Assembly (NCBI RefSeq): GCF_036321535.1
Contig: NC_087454.1
Location: 28,768,001 to 28,832,000, forward strand
DNA length: 64,000 bases
Source: Camelus dromedarius
Lineage: Eukaryota
Reading direction: 5' to 3'
Made by a program: the position numbers and the translations under genes. The notes under the pieces were generated by a model. That model made no database searches. It saw only the letters and a list, made by a program, of their open reading frames with translations, and had not been told where the DNA came from. Shown here in pieces: positions 1-23,620 of this stretch. The first letter of the stretch is position 1, and every line of letters starts with the position of its first letter.

Positions 1-1340
1 AGACCCAGAGCTTACCCAGCACCTCCCACGGGCTGAGGACCTGCGGGAGAGCCCCAGCAGCCCCTGTTCAGAAGGACTTTGCAAATGGGATAGATAATCT
101 CTATTTCATCTGGTGAAAAGGAATCGCACCCTGTGACTCATACTGTGGCATACATTGTCAAAGAAGCACTTGAAAGAACATTCCTGGCAGGACAGCGACT
201 CCTATTCACTGAGTCCTGAGTTTTTACTCTCTCCTGACCTGTGTCCAACCCTTTGCCCCACCGTTCAACCCAGCATTCTCCAGTTGTGCCTGAACTGCCT
301 CTACCACATTTGGCTCACGTTTCTGGCTTGGACTGAATGTTTTGTTTTTCCTCTTAGTTCAGGCAAGACAAGGCTGGAATTTTTCGAAGGAATTTTACTA
401 ATGTGTCAGTTGGGGCTTTTTTGGATATAAGTCATAGAAACCCACTGGAGCTAGCTTAAGCCAACAAGAATTTGTAAGAAGGATATAGAGATGAATTGCA
501 GAATCCACAGGCAAGCACGTGGGCAGATCTCAGCAGCAGCCCGGAGCCAGGCCTCGACTCGCCGAGCTGCTCCTTCCGTCTGCTTCTCTCTCTGTATCTG
601 CCTCATTCTTCTGTCTCTGTAGACCCGCTCTCCACTGAGGAGAAGATGGGCTTGCAGGAAGCCCTTCCACTTACAGGCCGCAGCCAGAAAGAGGGAGGCT
701 TCCCAGAGAAGGGTCTCAGATTGGTCTGGTGCCCACTTGTAGACAGGTCGACCCTGGCTGGCAGGATGGGGGCATCACAGTCAGAGCTGCTGGGAGCCCA
801 CCTGTTTCTAGAGAAGGAATTTTTTTCCTTCATGTACGGAGAGGTAGTTCCATGAAAGCATGTTATAACTAAGCAATGAAAGGAGCACAGAAAATTTTAA
901 ACTGCAAATCACAGAAATGGGCATCTGTGTAAAACATAGCGTTTTGCCCAGAGCTATCGGAAGTCTAGCTGCAGGTAGACTTAGCCAGCCCAGCATCCAA
1001 GCCCCGAAGCCTGGAGTCCTTCCCTCCTTCCTCCCCTTTCTGGAACTCCTGCCTCAGGGCTTTCGTTTGAAGTTCTCAGGCGGTTTTCCTCCAGTGCCCC
1101 CAGGCACACAGCTCCTCTCCAGAGGGCCTCACACAATGAAACTGATGCTCCTCTGAGTGGAGAATAAAACACCCTGTTCCTCTGGGCCCAGCACCGCATC
1201 AGTCCATGAGGCACAGCTCAGCCTGTGGGGGTGGAGAATTATTTCCCTCCAGGATAACTGGGGCCTAGAGGCAAGCATCTGTGGGATGACTGGCAGCTCA
1301 AGAGGGAGACCTGATGCTTACTTGTGTGGCTTTCTTGCAG

Positions 1341-12265
<10,925 letters not shown>

Positions 12266-12521
12266 GGCCCCGCGTCCTCGCCCTGCAGGCCCCTCTGTGC
12301 TCCCACTGCTGGGCTGTGCAGGGCTGCTTGTTTACACTCTCCTTTGTGGCTCTACCTCTCCTTCCCTTCCACAGAGGAGAAAGGGGTACCCTGGGTTCCT
12401 CCTTAGAAACCACTCCTTCTTGGGGGGCAGACCTTAGAAGCAGGTCTCTGCTCTGGCCCTCTTGCATCTGGGACTTCAGGTGGATTTTTCTGGCAAAGGA
12501 GCCCACATGCACTTCCATGGT

Positions 12522-12527
12522 TTTATT
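12522..12527 (-). terminator. DLK2 poly(A) signal AATAAA
   Basis: tttatt on + is AATAAA on -, ~170 nt after the DLK2 stop. Confidence 0.7.
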
Positions 12528-12556
12528 TGATAAAATTCCCATCTTACATTCTGTGT

Positions 12557-12562
12557 ATTAAA
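12557..12562 (+). terminator. ABCC10 poly(A) signal ATTAAA
   Basis: ATTAAA ~290 nt after the stop codon, followed by GT-rich sequence. Confidence 0.65.
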
Positions 12563-12693
12563 AAAATAATATTTCTGGTGTGAGGCTGAGGTGCCCCAGT
12601 GTGTGAACCCCAGCTGAGGGGTGCTGAGAAAGGACCACTCCAGTCTGAGCACTGGAGGAGATGAAGGAGGGGGCCAGAAAGCCCCCGCCTCCA

Positions 12694-15600
12694 TCACAGT
12701 GCTGTGGTCTTCCCAGGCTCGGGGGGCAGGTCCGGCGGCAGGGGGAGTCCTGCTGGCAGCATGCTAACCTGACACTCCTGGTCCTGGCGTGCCAGGGCAT
12801 AGTGCGGGGCAGGATAGCAACAGGGTCCAGGGGGACAGACACCCCGGTGCCAGGCCCTCAGGGTCAGCAACACTGTGGACAGGACCAGGATGGCAGTGAT
12901 GGCCCCAAACACCACCACAGCGACGAGGCTAGACTCGCCCAGTTCGGCCTCTTGCCTCCGCACCACCTCCTTCACAGAGATGCGCAGCAGACCGGCCCCC
13001 GCGCTGTGGGGGACAGGCCCGGTGGCAGGTACCACCACAGCTGAGGTGGGCCCTGGGAGGATGTCTGCTGTGGTGGCAGGATCTGGGATGGATAAGACCA
13101 GCTCACAGGTCTTGCCACCATAGCCACTGGGGCAGAGACAATCAAAGTCATGGACGCGGTCCCGACAGCGGGCCCCTCTCTGGCATGGGCGGCTGGCACA
13201 GTCATCCAGGTTGACGGTGCAGAAGCGTCCAGCAAAGCCCTCAGGGCAGAGGCAGGAGAAGCGGTTAATACCATCCAGGCAGGTGGCGCCATTAGCACAA
13301 GGCCGCATCAGACAGTCATCCACGTTTACCTCACAGCGGGCACCCACGAAGCCCGCCAGGCAGCGGCATGTGAAGTTGAGGGCAAAGCCCTGGTCATCCT
13401 GGCACTGCCCACCATTCCGGCACGGGGACCTGGGTGGGGTGGGAGAGGGCATTTTACTGACTTCCACCTGCAGGGTAGCCGAGGTCGACATCCTGATCAC
13501 CTCCAGCTGTGTCACTTTGAGCCACTCTCTGAGCCTCAAATGCCTCATTTTAAAAATGGAGCAGTACCCAGCTTCCCAAATTGTGAGGGTTAAACGAGAT
13601 AATCCGAAGTTAAGCATGTAGCAGAGGGCCCGACCAAGAGACAAGGCTCAAGGCAAGTGTACTATTATTATCCTCACAGGCTCTCAGGTCTGCGGTGGAA
13701 GTTTGAGGGACAAGTCCAGCCCTGCAGGACATTTCTTCGTTCACCATGAGGCATAAAGGCTGCTGTGTGGAACAAGATCCTGGGAGGATGAGGGGAGACC
13801 CAGGTCCTCAGCCTTCCCAACCAGGGTAGTCACACACTGATGCGTTACACCTCCAGCCCCTGTAGATTTTTGTTGGAGAAATGGGTCAAATGGTACCAAG
13901 AAAGTTGAGAACCCGAGGGATACTTTGGCAGGCTGGGGTTTTATTCTCGGGTGCCTCCAAGACCCTTACCCCTAACCCTTCACCACCACCATCTCAACAG
14001 TCCTCCCTCCTCTCTCGTGTCACCAGATCCTCATCTAACCTGGGACCCGCACTCACCCTGCCTGCTCACAGGGTCCAGCCTTGCGCTCGCAGTCACGCCC
14101 ATGGAAGCCTGATGGGCACACACAGTGGTACTCGCCACCCCCGTCATATACACACTGGCCTCCGTTCCGACAGGGGGACTGCGTGGTACAGATGTGTTCA
14201 TCTGGAGAGGAGACCAGGAGGGCTCTGGGATAGCACCCTGACCTGCCCAGGCCCCACCCAAAGCTCTGTGAGTGTGGCTTGTGCTACAATCCCATCCTGG
14301 GCTGGTACGGATGTAGTGGGGGAAAACATCATCACTGAATTTGGAGTCAGGAGGTGCCCAGCCCTGGCACTGTCAGTCTGTCTCAAAGTGACTTTGGGCA
14401 TGTTGTATCTAATCTGTGGAGCTCAGTTTCCTCATCTGTAACATGAGTACAATTTTCAGCAGCTGCCTTGCCTGCCATGCAGGATTGTGTTGAGGACCAA
14501 TTCAGACAACAGATAGGTGTAAAGTCTGTAGTTATAAAATACCATATATCTGAAGGTTTGAGCTGGACAGAAGAGGTGCTCAGTAAATAAGGACTGATGT
14601 TCTCCCAAAACACATGGAGTCCCCAGCCCCACAGGTATCCTCTCTACTCCCCTACCTTTGTCACAGAACTTGCCCGCCCAGCCACTGTGACAGATGCACT
14701 GCCAGGGCTGGTGGCAGGTACCATGCTGGCAGCCAGGCATTCTCACACAGCGCTCACAGTGCAGCCCCTCCCAGCCTGGGTCACACCTGATGGGGAGAAG
14801 CACAGGGTCAGGGCTGTGGGTCGGGGGATGTGAGGAAATGGAGGAGGCAAGATCAGAGTCTCTGGGTAACAGGAGACAAACGTGACAGCCCCTAAGGGAA
14901 AGCAGACCTACCCCAGGTAGATAGAGGGCTGTGCAGGGTCACAGGACACATATATGGAATCAGACCATCAGACACCAGCAATCAAGTCCTGGTTCTGTGC
15001 TTTGTCTAACCTTTCTGAGACTCAGTTTTCTCATGTGTAAACTGGGATACACATTGGAGGGGTGTTGAGGAAGAAATTAAATAAGATGATTCCTGTAAGT
15101 GCCCCCAGCACCATTCCTGGCCTGTCTGAGATGCTTAGAAAGGTCTTTTAAAAACAGTGACCTTGAAAGGTCATCAGAACTATTTTCCCACCCTGATTCC
15201 AGGGCAAAGACCGATGTATTTCAGAGCATCCCATGCACCCCCGGACTCTCCAGCAGCTTGCCCTGTCAGCTCATTTCCTTGTGTCCAGATACATGTTCCT
15301 CCTGCTACAGTTTGCCCACCCCCAACCCCAGAGAGTCAATTACTCAAATTCATCAAGACAGACCCTCTTTCACAAGTGTTTCTCCCCAGCAACCCTCACA
15401 ACAGCCTTTCTTTTCCAGGCTAAACCAAGTCTCAATGTAGCTTTCCTTTATTTCTCCCTTTTCTCATGGCTTCCAATTTCTAAACTTCCTCAAGCTTTAG
15501 GACTTGCTGTTGGTGTCTTGAAGAGGAATGTTGCAGAATTCCTAGGTCAGACTTGGGAGAGTAACGTGGGAAGCCATAAGCTAAAAGAGGCAAAGGAGAG

Positions 15601-16213
15601 GCAAGGCAAAGAGGAACTGGAGGTGGGGGACGGGTGCAGGGCTGGCCATTTGTCCTGTGCCCTGTGCCCTGTGCCTGACGTTATAGGGAATGAGCAGTAG
15701 AGTCTTAAGCCCCTAGTCACATTGCTCTGGGGCCTGATCTGGTTGGGGGTGTGGAGGCCCGGAAAATGCAGAGGGATTGGGAGCACGTGCTCAGGAAGGT
15801 ACCTGCAGGAGCCGTCAGGAGCACAGCAGCCGTGGGCCAGGTCACAGTGGGAGCTGCAGTCATCGGCTGCAAGAGATTGATGTGGGAGGAGTGAACCCGG
15901 GGTCAGGGTTCGGCTGAGATGCAGGGCTCGGGAAAAGATGCAGGGTCCCAGCAATAGGGTGGGCTCAGCTCTGGGACAGGGTAGAACTGAGACTCATTGC
16001 ATTTCAAAAGGATGTCCTGGGTGTCGCCGATCCAGCGAGTCGGAGCGGCTGCAGTGCCGTCTCTGGCCTGCAGAGGTCAACGTGCAAGTGAGGGACGGTC
16101 GGACAGGGCCGGGACCCGAGCCTGGGGGAGCACTCACCTCGGGCAGGCTGAACGGGTGCCCCCAGGATGCACAACAGACACACGAGATGTAGGCAGCGGC
16201 AGCCGCTGGGCAT
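12694..16213 (-). CDS. DLK2: Protein delta homolog 2 (EGF-repeat, non-canonical Notch ligand), complete, 383 aa
   Basis: Coding exons 16138-16213, 15803-15866, 14656-14786, 14057-14201, 12694-13429 sum to 1152 nt. Signal peptide MPSGCRCLHLVCLLCILGAP, six EGF repeats, a TM segment and C-terminal PPEPGKTTAL. Confidence 0.97.
13490..13680 (+). mobile_element. MIR SINE relic in the last DLK2 intron
   Basis: Contains gtgtcactttgagccactctctgagcctc...cctcattttaaaaatgga...ttgtgagggttaaacgagataat. Confidence 0.6.
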
Positions 16214-17150
16214 GGTCAGCGCCAGCCCCAGGAGGGAGGGACGGACGGACGGACGGGCGTGCAGACACCTGTTGGGTGGCACAGGCTGGGAGGCGGCCGG
16301 ACACGGGGATAGTGGCATGGATTCCAGTTCCGAGTGACAGGAGCCGAGGGGGTAAAGGGGCGTCCAGACAGAAGAAGGAGGTGAGGGCAGCGAGAGGGCG
16401 GGGGCGAAGAAGGTTTGAGCAGGCGAAGGAATTGGAGACAGGGACCGGGAGCAGGCTCTGCGGGAGGGAGGTGAAGGATGGACAGACTGGAGAAAGGTCT
16501 GGGCGAGGATGGGCCGGCGCTGGGAACGCAGTCGGGACGGAGTCTGCGGGGACTGGGACAGCGCCGAGAGGCGGCCTCGAGGACGGAGGGGACGCGGGGG
16601 CCGGTTCCCGGCGGCAAGAATTCCCAGCCCCGCATCCCCGACTCCTCGTAGGACTTGCTCTCACGGCCCTTTCCTATCTCCGCCGCTCTCGGCTCAGCCA
16701 CGGCGCCGGGCCTGGGATCTTCTGAGCGCCCCCTGCCCAGCGCGCCTCTGCCCTCGCGGTCCTCACCTCGGGCTCGGAGACAGAGCTCCCTGGGGCGAAG
16801 AGCGGGGCCGGATCCGACGGGCTCCGCCGAAGGGCTGGGCCGGGCCGCGGGGCCGCCCCTTAGAGGGCCGCGGGTCCGGATGCCGAGGCGGCTGCCATAC
16901 GAGCCGAGCGCTGGGGAATCTGGGGCTCAAGGGTACCCCGAGCGGCAGCGGCGGCGGCTCCTCACACGCGCTCAGGCAGCCTGCCAGGGGTGGCGTGTGC
17001 CGGCGGAGCCCGCCTCCCCCCTCCCATCCCGGGCCGCCGCCGGCCCGCCCTCCACCGCCTGCGCCAGGCGCCCACCCCCGGCGACGCACCGCGCACACCC
17101 GCCCCCACATCCTCTGTTGACACCCGACCTCTCCGAACGTTGCTCACTCC
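16200..17150 (-). promoter_or_regulatory. DLK2 CpG island, promoter and non-coding 5' exon(s)
   Basis: Very GC- and CpG-dense. Minus-strand acceptor at 16269-16271 and donor GTGAG at 16762-16766. Confidence 0.75.
16238..16256. repeat. (GGAC)n tetranucleotide repeat in the DLK2 5'UTR
   Basis: ggacggacggacggacgg, ~25 nt upstream of the DLK2 ATG. Confidence 0.85.
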
Positions 17151-19093
17151 AACAGTAGGAAATTATGGGAATCTAAGTGGGAGCAGACTGTAGAAGGTCG
17201 ACCAAATGTGCGCAGCGGCTATTCTCCATCTCTCATCTCCGCTCTCTTGACCCGCGCCGCTCTCCCCACGCCCCACCTCTCCTCTCACCAATCCGCTTCC
17301 CATCACGTCTCTCATATACAACCCTTGCACGCTCAGGGCATACCTGCCGCTCCCGGCCCTCCTCCTGTCAACAGCCCACGCCTCCTCCGTTTGTAAATCC
17401 TACATCACCTGCTTCATCTGTCTGCTCCTCTCCTCCTCCGCGCCGTCCGCTTTTTTCCTCATCCATAGCTATCTAGGATGCATCCCCGCCTAAGCATTAG
17501 CCTGGCACTCACCCACCCTCTCCACTCTTCCCTCCGTGTTGGGAGTCTGTCTTTCCCACCCCATTCCTTTCCGCGACCACTACTGGGAAGACTGCCTGCA
17601 CTGGGAACGCCCCGACTCTGTAAATGTGCCGCCCAAATTCCAACCTCTGTACCTTGATCACATCCGTTCATGACCTCAGGCTAATCGTGGACCACCTAAA
17701 CCCAGAGCTCAGACTAAGAGTTATCTACAGGGAGTGGGGGACCCCTACCTTTCCAGGCTAATGGCTCAGAGACATCTGTGCCAGGCAAGGGCAGGGAAGT
17801 TTCTTGTTTGTGCAGATCAAGAGGCAGAGGTCAGGACCACCACTGCCCATCTCTAGTCCTCCAAATCAAGATTTCACTATCTTTAAGTTCAAAGTACGGG
17901 AAGGAGTCCCTAGCCCGTGCCAGCTTCCTACAGACGCCCCCACAGATCAAAGCCCCTGGACTAATTTTTCTTACAGACTCTATTGAGCGTTAACAGCCAC
18001 ACCTCATCTCCCTTCCCTGAAACTCCGATCACCTCTTTCCTGAAGAGCTTTCTGAATTTGAGATGAGTAATGCCACAGCTCTAACCATTTACTTTGTTTA
18101 ATTTTTTTCACTGAAAAACTTCACTGTCTATAATGTCCAAAATTACTGTAGGCCAAAGAGATTGTGATATATCAACACTATGTGACTACTAAAAGTCACT
18201 TTTTGGAAATCAAAAGATATCAAAAAATTAAGAATATATTAGGTGGAGGGGAAGAAGCAAGAAACAAAGCAGAACATATCTGAAAAGTTGGTAGTGTTTT
18301 TTTCTCTAAATAATGGAGTTATAGGTTTTTTTTCTTATTGATGCTTTCCAGCATTTCCTTTTTTTCATGATGAACATACTCAGTTTTTATTATTATTAAA
18401 GAAATTCAGTAACATTAAAGAACTTTGAGTATAAAGTAAAAATTTAAAAATCACCCATGATCCTATTAGCTTGGTAAAACCACTGTTGTTGTTCTGACTC
18501 CTTTTCCTATCCAGATGTTTATACACAGCAACTGTAATGTGATATCCTCCCTTTTTTTTCCACTCCACATCGTATGTTGATAGTCCTCAAAAAGCATAAT
18601 CTTTTATGGCTCCATGATATTCCCTAAATGGATACACCATGATTTATTTAACCTAGTCCTTTATTGGATACTTAGCTTGTATTTACTATTTGCCATTATG
18701 AATTCATTCAACAAGTATTTACTGAGCACCCATGTACTACTCCTATGTGCCAGACATCATCCTAGGCACTGGGGCTACAGCTCCCAGATAAATAGTAATG
18801 TCACAAATTTTCATGCATATAGCTTTTTCTATATTTTAGGTTCCTTCCTTAAGATAGAGTCTGAATTGGTGAGTGACTGAGCCAAAGCAGTTGTGGAAAA
18901 TGAACAGTTCCTTTTTGTTAATGAAACTCATTGGCATTCACTGATGAAACAATAAACACATTTGAAGCTTTGGAAGATGATGGCATCAGGTTTTATCACT
19001 ACTCCCTCATGCTTTAAAGATCATCATGATTTTCACGCTCAGTTCTGTCAAATTCTTGGTGATTCTTGATTCAGGACCAATTTCTCCAATGAC

Positions 19094-19608
19094 TGTGATA
19101 GTTTGTTTGCAAAGATGGCCACTCCACTTCCAACTGTCCCACATGACCCTTTGCAGTCATTTTGATGCTCCTCCTAGCAAGAGGTCAAGTCTGTTTCTCA
19201 ACCCCATGAATCTGGGCTGGACTTATGGCTTATTTTGACTAATAGAATGTGGCGAAATGATACTGTGTGAGTCCCCGGAGTCTGGGCCTCAAGAGCTCTC
19301 ACAGCTCTCCTTTTGCCCTCTTAGAAAACTTCCAACGTCATGTAAAGAAGTCCAGTCTGGCCTACTGGAAGATGAGAAGCCCCATGGAAGAGAACTGAGG
19401 TAACCTGGCCAACATCCACCACATGGGAGGTCCTACCCAGATGACTGCAGCCTCATGAGTAAGCCTAGGCAAGACCAACAGAAGAACTGTTCAGCAGAGC
19501 CCAGCCCATGTTACCGGATAAATGGTGGTAAGCAGATAAGTTGGGGGTGGGCTGTTTAAGCCACTATATTTTGGGGTGTTGTTGATATGGCAATAGGTAA
19601 CTGATAAA
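19094..19608 (+). mobile_element. MaLR (MLT1-type) LTR relic
   Basis: Starts tgtgatag, contains ttgactaatagaatgtggc and ends gcaataggtaactgata, typical of recalled MLT1 consensi. Confidence 0.7.
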
Positions 19609-19859
19609 GCCAGCTTCCCTGGTTTTATCCTTGATTTCTTCTTCTCCACCAATGAGAAGGATGTTCCCACCCAAACCTTGTTATTACCAATTGATTCACA
19701 CAATCCATAATCTCAGTTTTAAGTATCACACTTTCCTATCACCAGCTCCCATCTTTTCAGCCCATAGTACCTGGACTCAAAGAATTCTGGACACTTAGGT
19801 TGTGTTTAGTTTTTTGCCATTATAAATACATTCAACAAATATTGAACTTGGACCCACTA

Positions 19860-20120
19860 AGATCACCCATAAAGGTCACATTACAACTTTTGTGGGCCCT
19901 AGACACTTAGCCTTCATGAATCCCTTCCTTTTGAAAGAATATTAAAAACTATTTTATCATTGCCTTGGTATCAAGATGAATATAATCCAGACTGGATTCA
20001 TTATTATATATTCATTTTTATTATATTTACTTTTTTCTTCTGATTTTAAACTAAATTAAAACATTTTGTGTGCCCCTAAAAGAATTGGGGGCCTTAGGAA
20101 TTGTACCTCATAAGTTGGCC
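19860..20120. mobile_element. Probable non-autonomous DNA transposon (hAT/MER-like) relic
   Basis: AT-rich core with an internal inverted repeat (19976-20015) and gggccctag/ggggccttag sub-terminal motifs. Family uncertain. Confidence 0.35.
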
Positions 20121-20129
20121 CTGTCTCAC

Positions 20130-21680
20130 ATCTATTGATTCACCCCCTTTTCAGCAACCCCATCCCTATCACATCCACCCATCCCTCTTTACCCAGCTTT
20201 GATTCCATGGTCTTTCATTATAATCAGCTCCTTGCATATACCAACTCCCTGGCCCCTCTCACCAAACCTATCCATCTGGTAAAACGCCACCATGGTGACT
20301 TCTCTGACCTGCACCCAAGCAGCTGAATGAGGCTGGAAAAAACACATGTCCAGGCTGACGGGTCTCACTTAAACTCGTTCTCTCAAACACCCTTTGTGTT
20401 GATCACCAGTGCTGCGTTTTCCCAGTTCAGTGCACTCTCTCAGCCTCCCCGACAACTATTTTTAGCTCTTCCAACCCCCAACCCTTCCTCCTTCCCCCTT
20501 GCTCTGCTGGTGGTCTTGCTTCCAACTTCATGAAGAAAATAGAAGCAATCTGAAGAGAATTTCCACACGCCTCCTCCGCCCATCTGCATCTGTTTCCATA
20601 TACTCTCTTCCCTCCTGTTACCGTAGCTGTGCCGCCAGCATCCTTACATAGGGGAACCCCTCCCTCCACCTGGGCACGAATTCCCATCCCTTCTCACCTG
20701 TGTCACTATGGGGCTCCAGCAGTTCTCCCCATCCACTCTGCCTCATCAGTTTTCTCTCTGTGGGATCATTTACACCATCCCCTCTCCCGTCTTAACATAA
20801 ATAACCTCCCTCAATCCCATGTTCTCTTCCAGCTACATTTTTCTGCTCCCCTTTACTGAACACTTTTCAAAAAACATGTGTCTGTATCTGCTGTCTTCAC
20901 CTCCTCTCTTCTCATTTTCTCTTGGACCCACTCTGGCCCCATCACTCCATCAGAATTACTCTTGTCAAGGTCACCAGTGCCCTCACCATTGCCAAATCCA
21001 ACAGTGACTTCTCAGTCCTAATCTCCATAGCTCTGTAAGCTGCATTTGATACATGGGCTTACTGGGCTTCTAGGATCAATCTCACGAGCTTTTCTACCTA
21101 CCACAATGGCCACACCAGTCTCCTTTGCTTCCTCCTCATCTTCCCAATTTCTTCCACAGTCCCAGGGCTCAAGAGGGCTCAGACCTCTTCTCTTTTCTAC
21201 TTTAACTCACTTCCTTCATGGTATCTTCCAGTCTAATGGCTTTAAATACTATCTATAAGCTAATGACTCCCAAGTTTATATTTCTAACCAAGATTTATCC
21301 TTGAAATTCAGACTTGTGTATCCAACTGCCTACTCAATATCTCCACTTGGATTTTTTGTCCAATGGGCAACTCAGACTTAGCATGTCCAAAGGCAAGCTC
21401 CTGATTTCCAGCCCCAAACAGTCTTCCTGTGCCAGTCTTAGATATATCAGTGAATGGCCAAGTGTTTTAGGCCAAAATCCTTGGCATCATACTTAACGCT
21501 CCTCTCTCTTACATCTGGTGTCCTGCAAATATTGTTGACTCTGCCTCCAAGTTCATCCAGAATTTGTCAACTTTCTACAATCTGACCTCTAACACTTGGG
21601 TCCAAGCCCCACTATATCTTGCCTGGACCACCACAACAGCTCCCTAATGGGTCTTCTATTGTCCTATAGCAGACAGGGCG
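20130..21680 (+). mobile_element. L2 LINE relic
   Basis: Long pyrimidine-rich tract with the L2 hallmark ctccacttgga...ctcagacttagcatgtccaaa...ctcctgatt. Boundaries approximate. Confidence 0.75.
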
Positions 21681-21699
21681 ATCATGATAAAGTGGAAGC

Positions 21700-21960
21700 C
21701 AGCAAAATGCCATGTGGTATTCTAAATTGAACCCTGAAACAGAAAAATATCATTAGTAAAAAAACTGGTGAAGTCTGAGTAAAGTCTGGAGTTTAGTTTA
21801 CACAAGGTACCAATGTTGGCTTCATAGTTTTGACAAATGTACCACGGTAATGCATAGTGTTAACACTAGGGCAAACTGGGTGAATGGGAACTCTCTTTAC
21901 TATTTTTGCAACTTTCCTGTAAATCTAAAATTACCCCAAAATTAAAAGTTTATTTAAAAG
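21700..21960 (+). mobile_element. Old L1 (L1M-type) 3' end fragment inserted in L2
   Basis: Contains ttttgacaaatgtaccacggtaatg...ggaactctct...actttcctgtaaatctaaaatta, an L1MB/MC 3'UTR pattern. Confidence 0.65.
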
Positions 21961-22276
21961 ATAGAGGTTAGATGAAATCATATCTCTACTCAAAACCTCC
22001 CAGCTTCCCCAGGACTCAAAATTGAAGTCTGAGAGGGGAGGAACAGCTTTTCACCTGAGGGTGCCCAAAGTCTGAGTGGGGAGACAAGCCCTGCCCTCAG
22101 CAAGCCCCTGCCTTAGAGCTGGCAGAAGTGGGACTCTACCAGGAGCCAGAAAACAAGACTTGGTATCATATAAAGATATATGGGATGAATATATACCGTT
22201 TCCCATTTTAGACAACTTTAAGTGTACATTTCAGTGGCATTAACATTGATTGCCAATATTCACGTTGTTGGGCAAC

Positions 22277-22626
22277 NNNNNNNNNNNNNNNNNNNNNNNN
22301 NNNNNNNNNNNNNNNNNNNNNNNNNNNNNNNNNNNNNNNNNNNNNNNNNNNNNNNNNNNNNNNNNNNNNNNNNNNNNNNNNNNNNNNNNNNNNNNNNNNN
22401 NNNNNNNNNNNNNNNNNNNNNNNNNNNNNNNNNNNNNNNNNNNNNNNNNNNNNNNNNNNNNNNNNNNNNNNNNNNNNNNNNNNNNNNNNNNNNNNNNNNN
22501 NNNNNNNNNNNNNNNNNNNNNNNNNNNNNNNNNNNNNNNNNNNNNNNNNNNNNNNNNNNNNNNNNNNNNNNNNNNNNNNNNNNNNNNNNNNNNNNNNNNN
22601 NNNNNNNNNNNNNNNNNNNNNNNNNN
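22277..22626. other. Assembly gap (350 N)
   Basis: N-run flanked by L1-like sequence. Confidence 1.
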
Positions 22627-23199
22627 TGAGTAGCATTATTGCATATTTGGGTACAGAAATATTTATTTGAGTTCCTGCCTTCATTGTCTCTTTTAAGAGT
22701 TAAGTGGCTCTAAGAATATTAAGGAATGCAAGATTCCACGAGGTTTCAAGGTCTTTAAAATTACACATCTTAGACACCCATCAAATTCAAAATCCAGAGT
22801 TAGGAAAAAAACATTTATACATAATAAAAGCTTACCCACCAGGGTGGCAGCTGTGGACTTCTATTAACAGACAGAAGAATTAGGAAATATGTAGAAATTA
22901 AATCTAGGGAAGCAGACGAAGTTATCACCTCTTGAGGTTTTGAAAGCATTGTCAAAACAACCATGCAAATAGGGTTCAGCATGTCCAGTCAGGTCAAATG
23001 AGAGAGACAGGCAGCCTCCTGGCTTCAAACTATTAGTAGATATTTGTAATGACTGTAAATGGAGTGTAACCTTTAAAAAGCTTTATAAAAATTAAAAAAT
23101 TAAGCACTTAGCAATAAAATAAAATAAAATGGAAAAGCAAGAAAATGAACAAAAAACTATTAGTAGATAATGTCAATTGCAACTGAAACAGCTGCACAT

Positions 23200-23620
23200 G
23201 GGCTAGGGCCCTTTAACCTGACGCAATGAACAGTTCAAAGGATTATGTAGCTGAACCCAGGATGGTTTCAACTTTCTTCCCCAGCAATTCCCTCCAATAC
23301 CTGGAGCTCAACTTGCTGTCTTATCCCAAGACCCACTTCTATTCTCTTCTCTCTGCCAAGCCTGGACTCCACACAAACACACTCATTCCAGCTGGGAGAC
23401 TGGATCTACATGAATGAAATCAGAAGAAAGAACTGTCTTGGATCTGGGTGGATTGTGCTCTGGAAAATACTTGACCATGTTTGTGCAGGTGGGCTCTACA
23501 GCCCCCATAGCCCTGTGGACACCAAGGCACAATCATATGGAAACTGCCATCAAAATGTAGTAAGCCTGACTCTTCCACAAATGTACCTATTTCGTAAAAC
23601 CCTGAAAGCCTAGAAGAGAT
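23200..23620 (+). mobile_element. Decayed endogenous retrovirus pol (integrase C-terminus) fragment
   Basis: Frame from 23380 reads HSFQLGDWIYMNEIRRKNCLGSGW, resembling the H-x-FQPGDWV-x-VK...RK-x-CLEPRW motif before the integrase GPY/F box. Confidence 0.5.

Noticed and set aside
12694-13644. 316-aa single-exon ORF as a separate protein or DLK2 isoform
   Set aside because: Only 12694-13429 is exon. The upstream 215 nt is intron overlapping a MIR relic, and no support for translation was seen.
15997-17200. Multiple 150-240 aa ORFs around the DLK2 promoter
   Set aside because: Stop-poor CpG-island sequence on both strands giving Pro/Arg/Gly/Ala-rich translations.
19976-20015. Hairpin as a miRNA or structured ncRNA
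   Set aside because: Short, AT-rich and bulged, inside a probable DNA-transposon relic where internal palindromes are expected.
22208-22684. ORFs of 127-158 aa
   Set aside because: Almost entirely X from the 350-N gap.
22836-22850. CTCF site CCACCAGGGTGGCAG
   Set aside because: Needs a 1-nt insertion in the core to fit the consensus.
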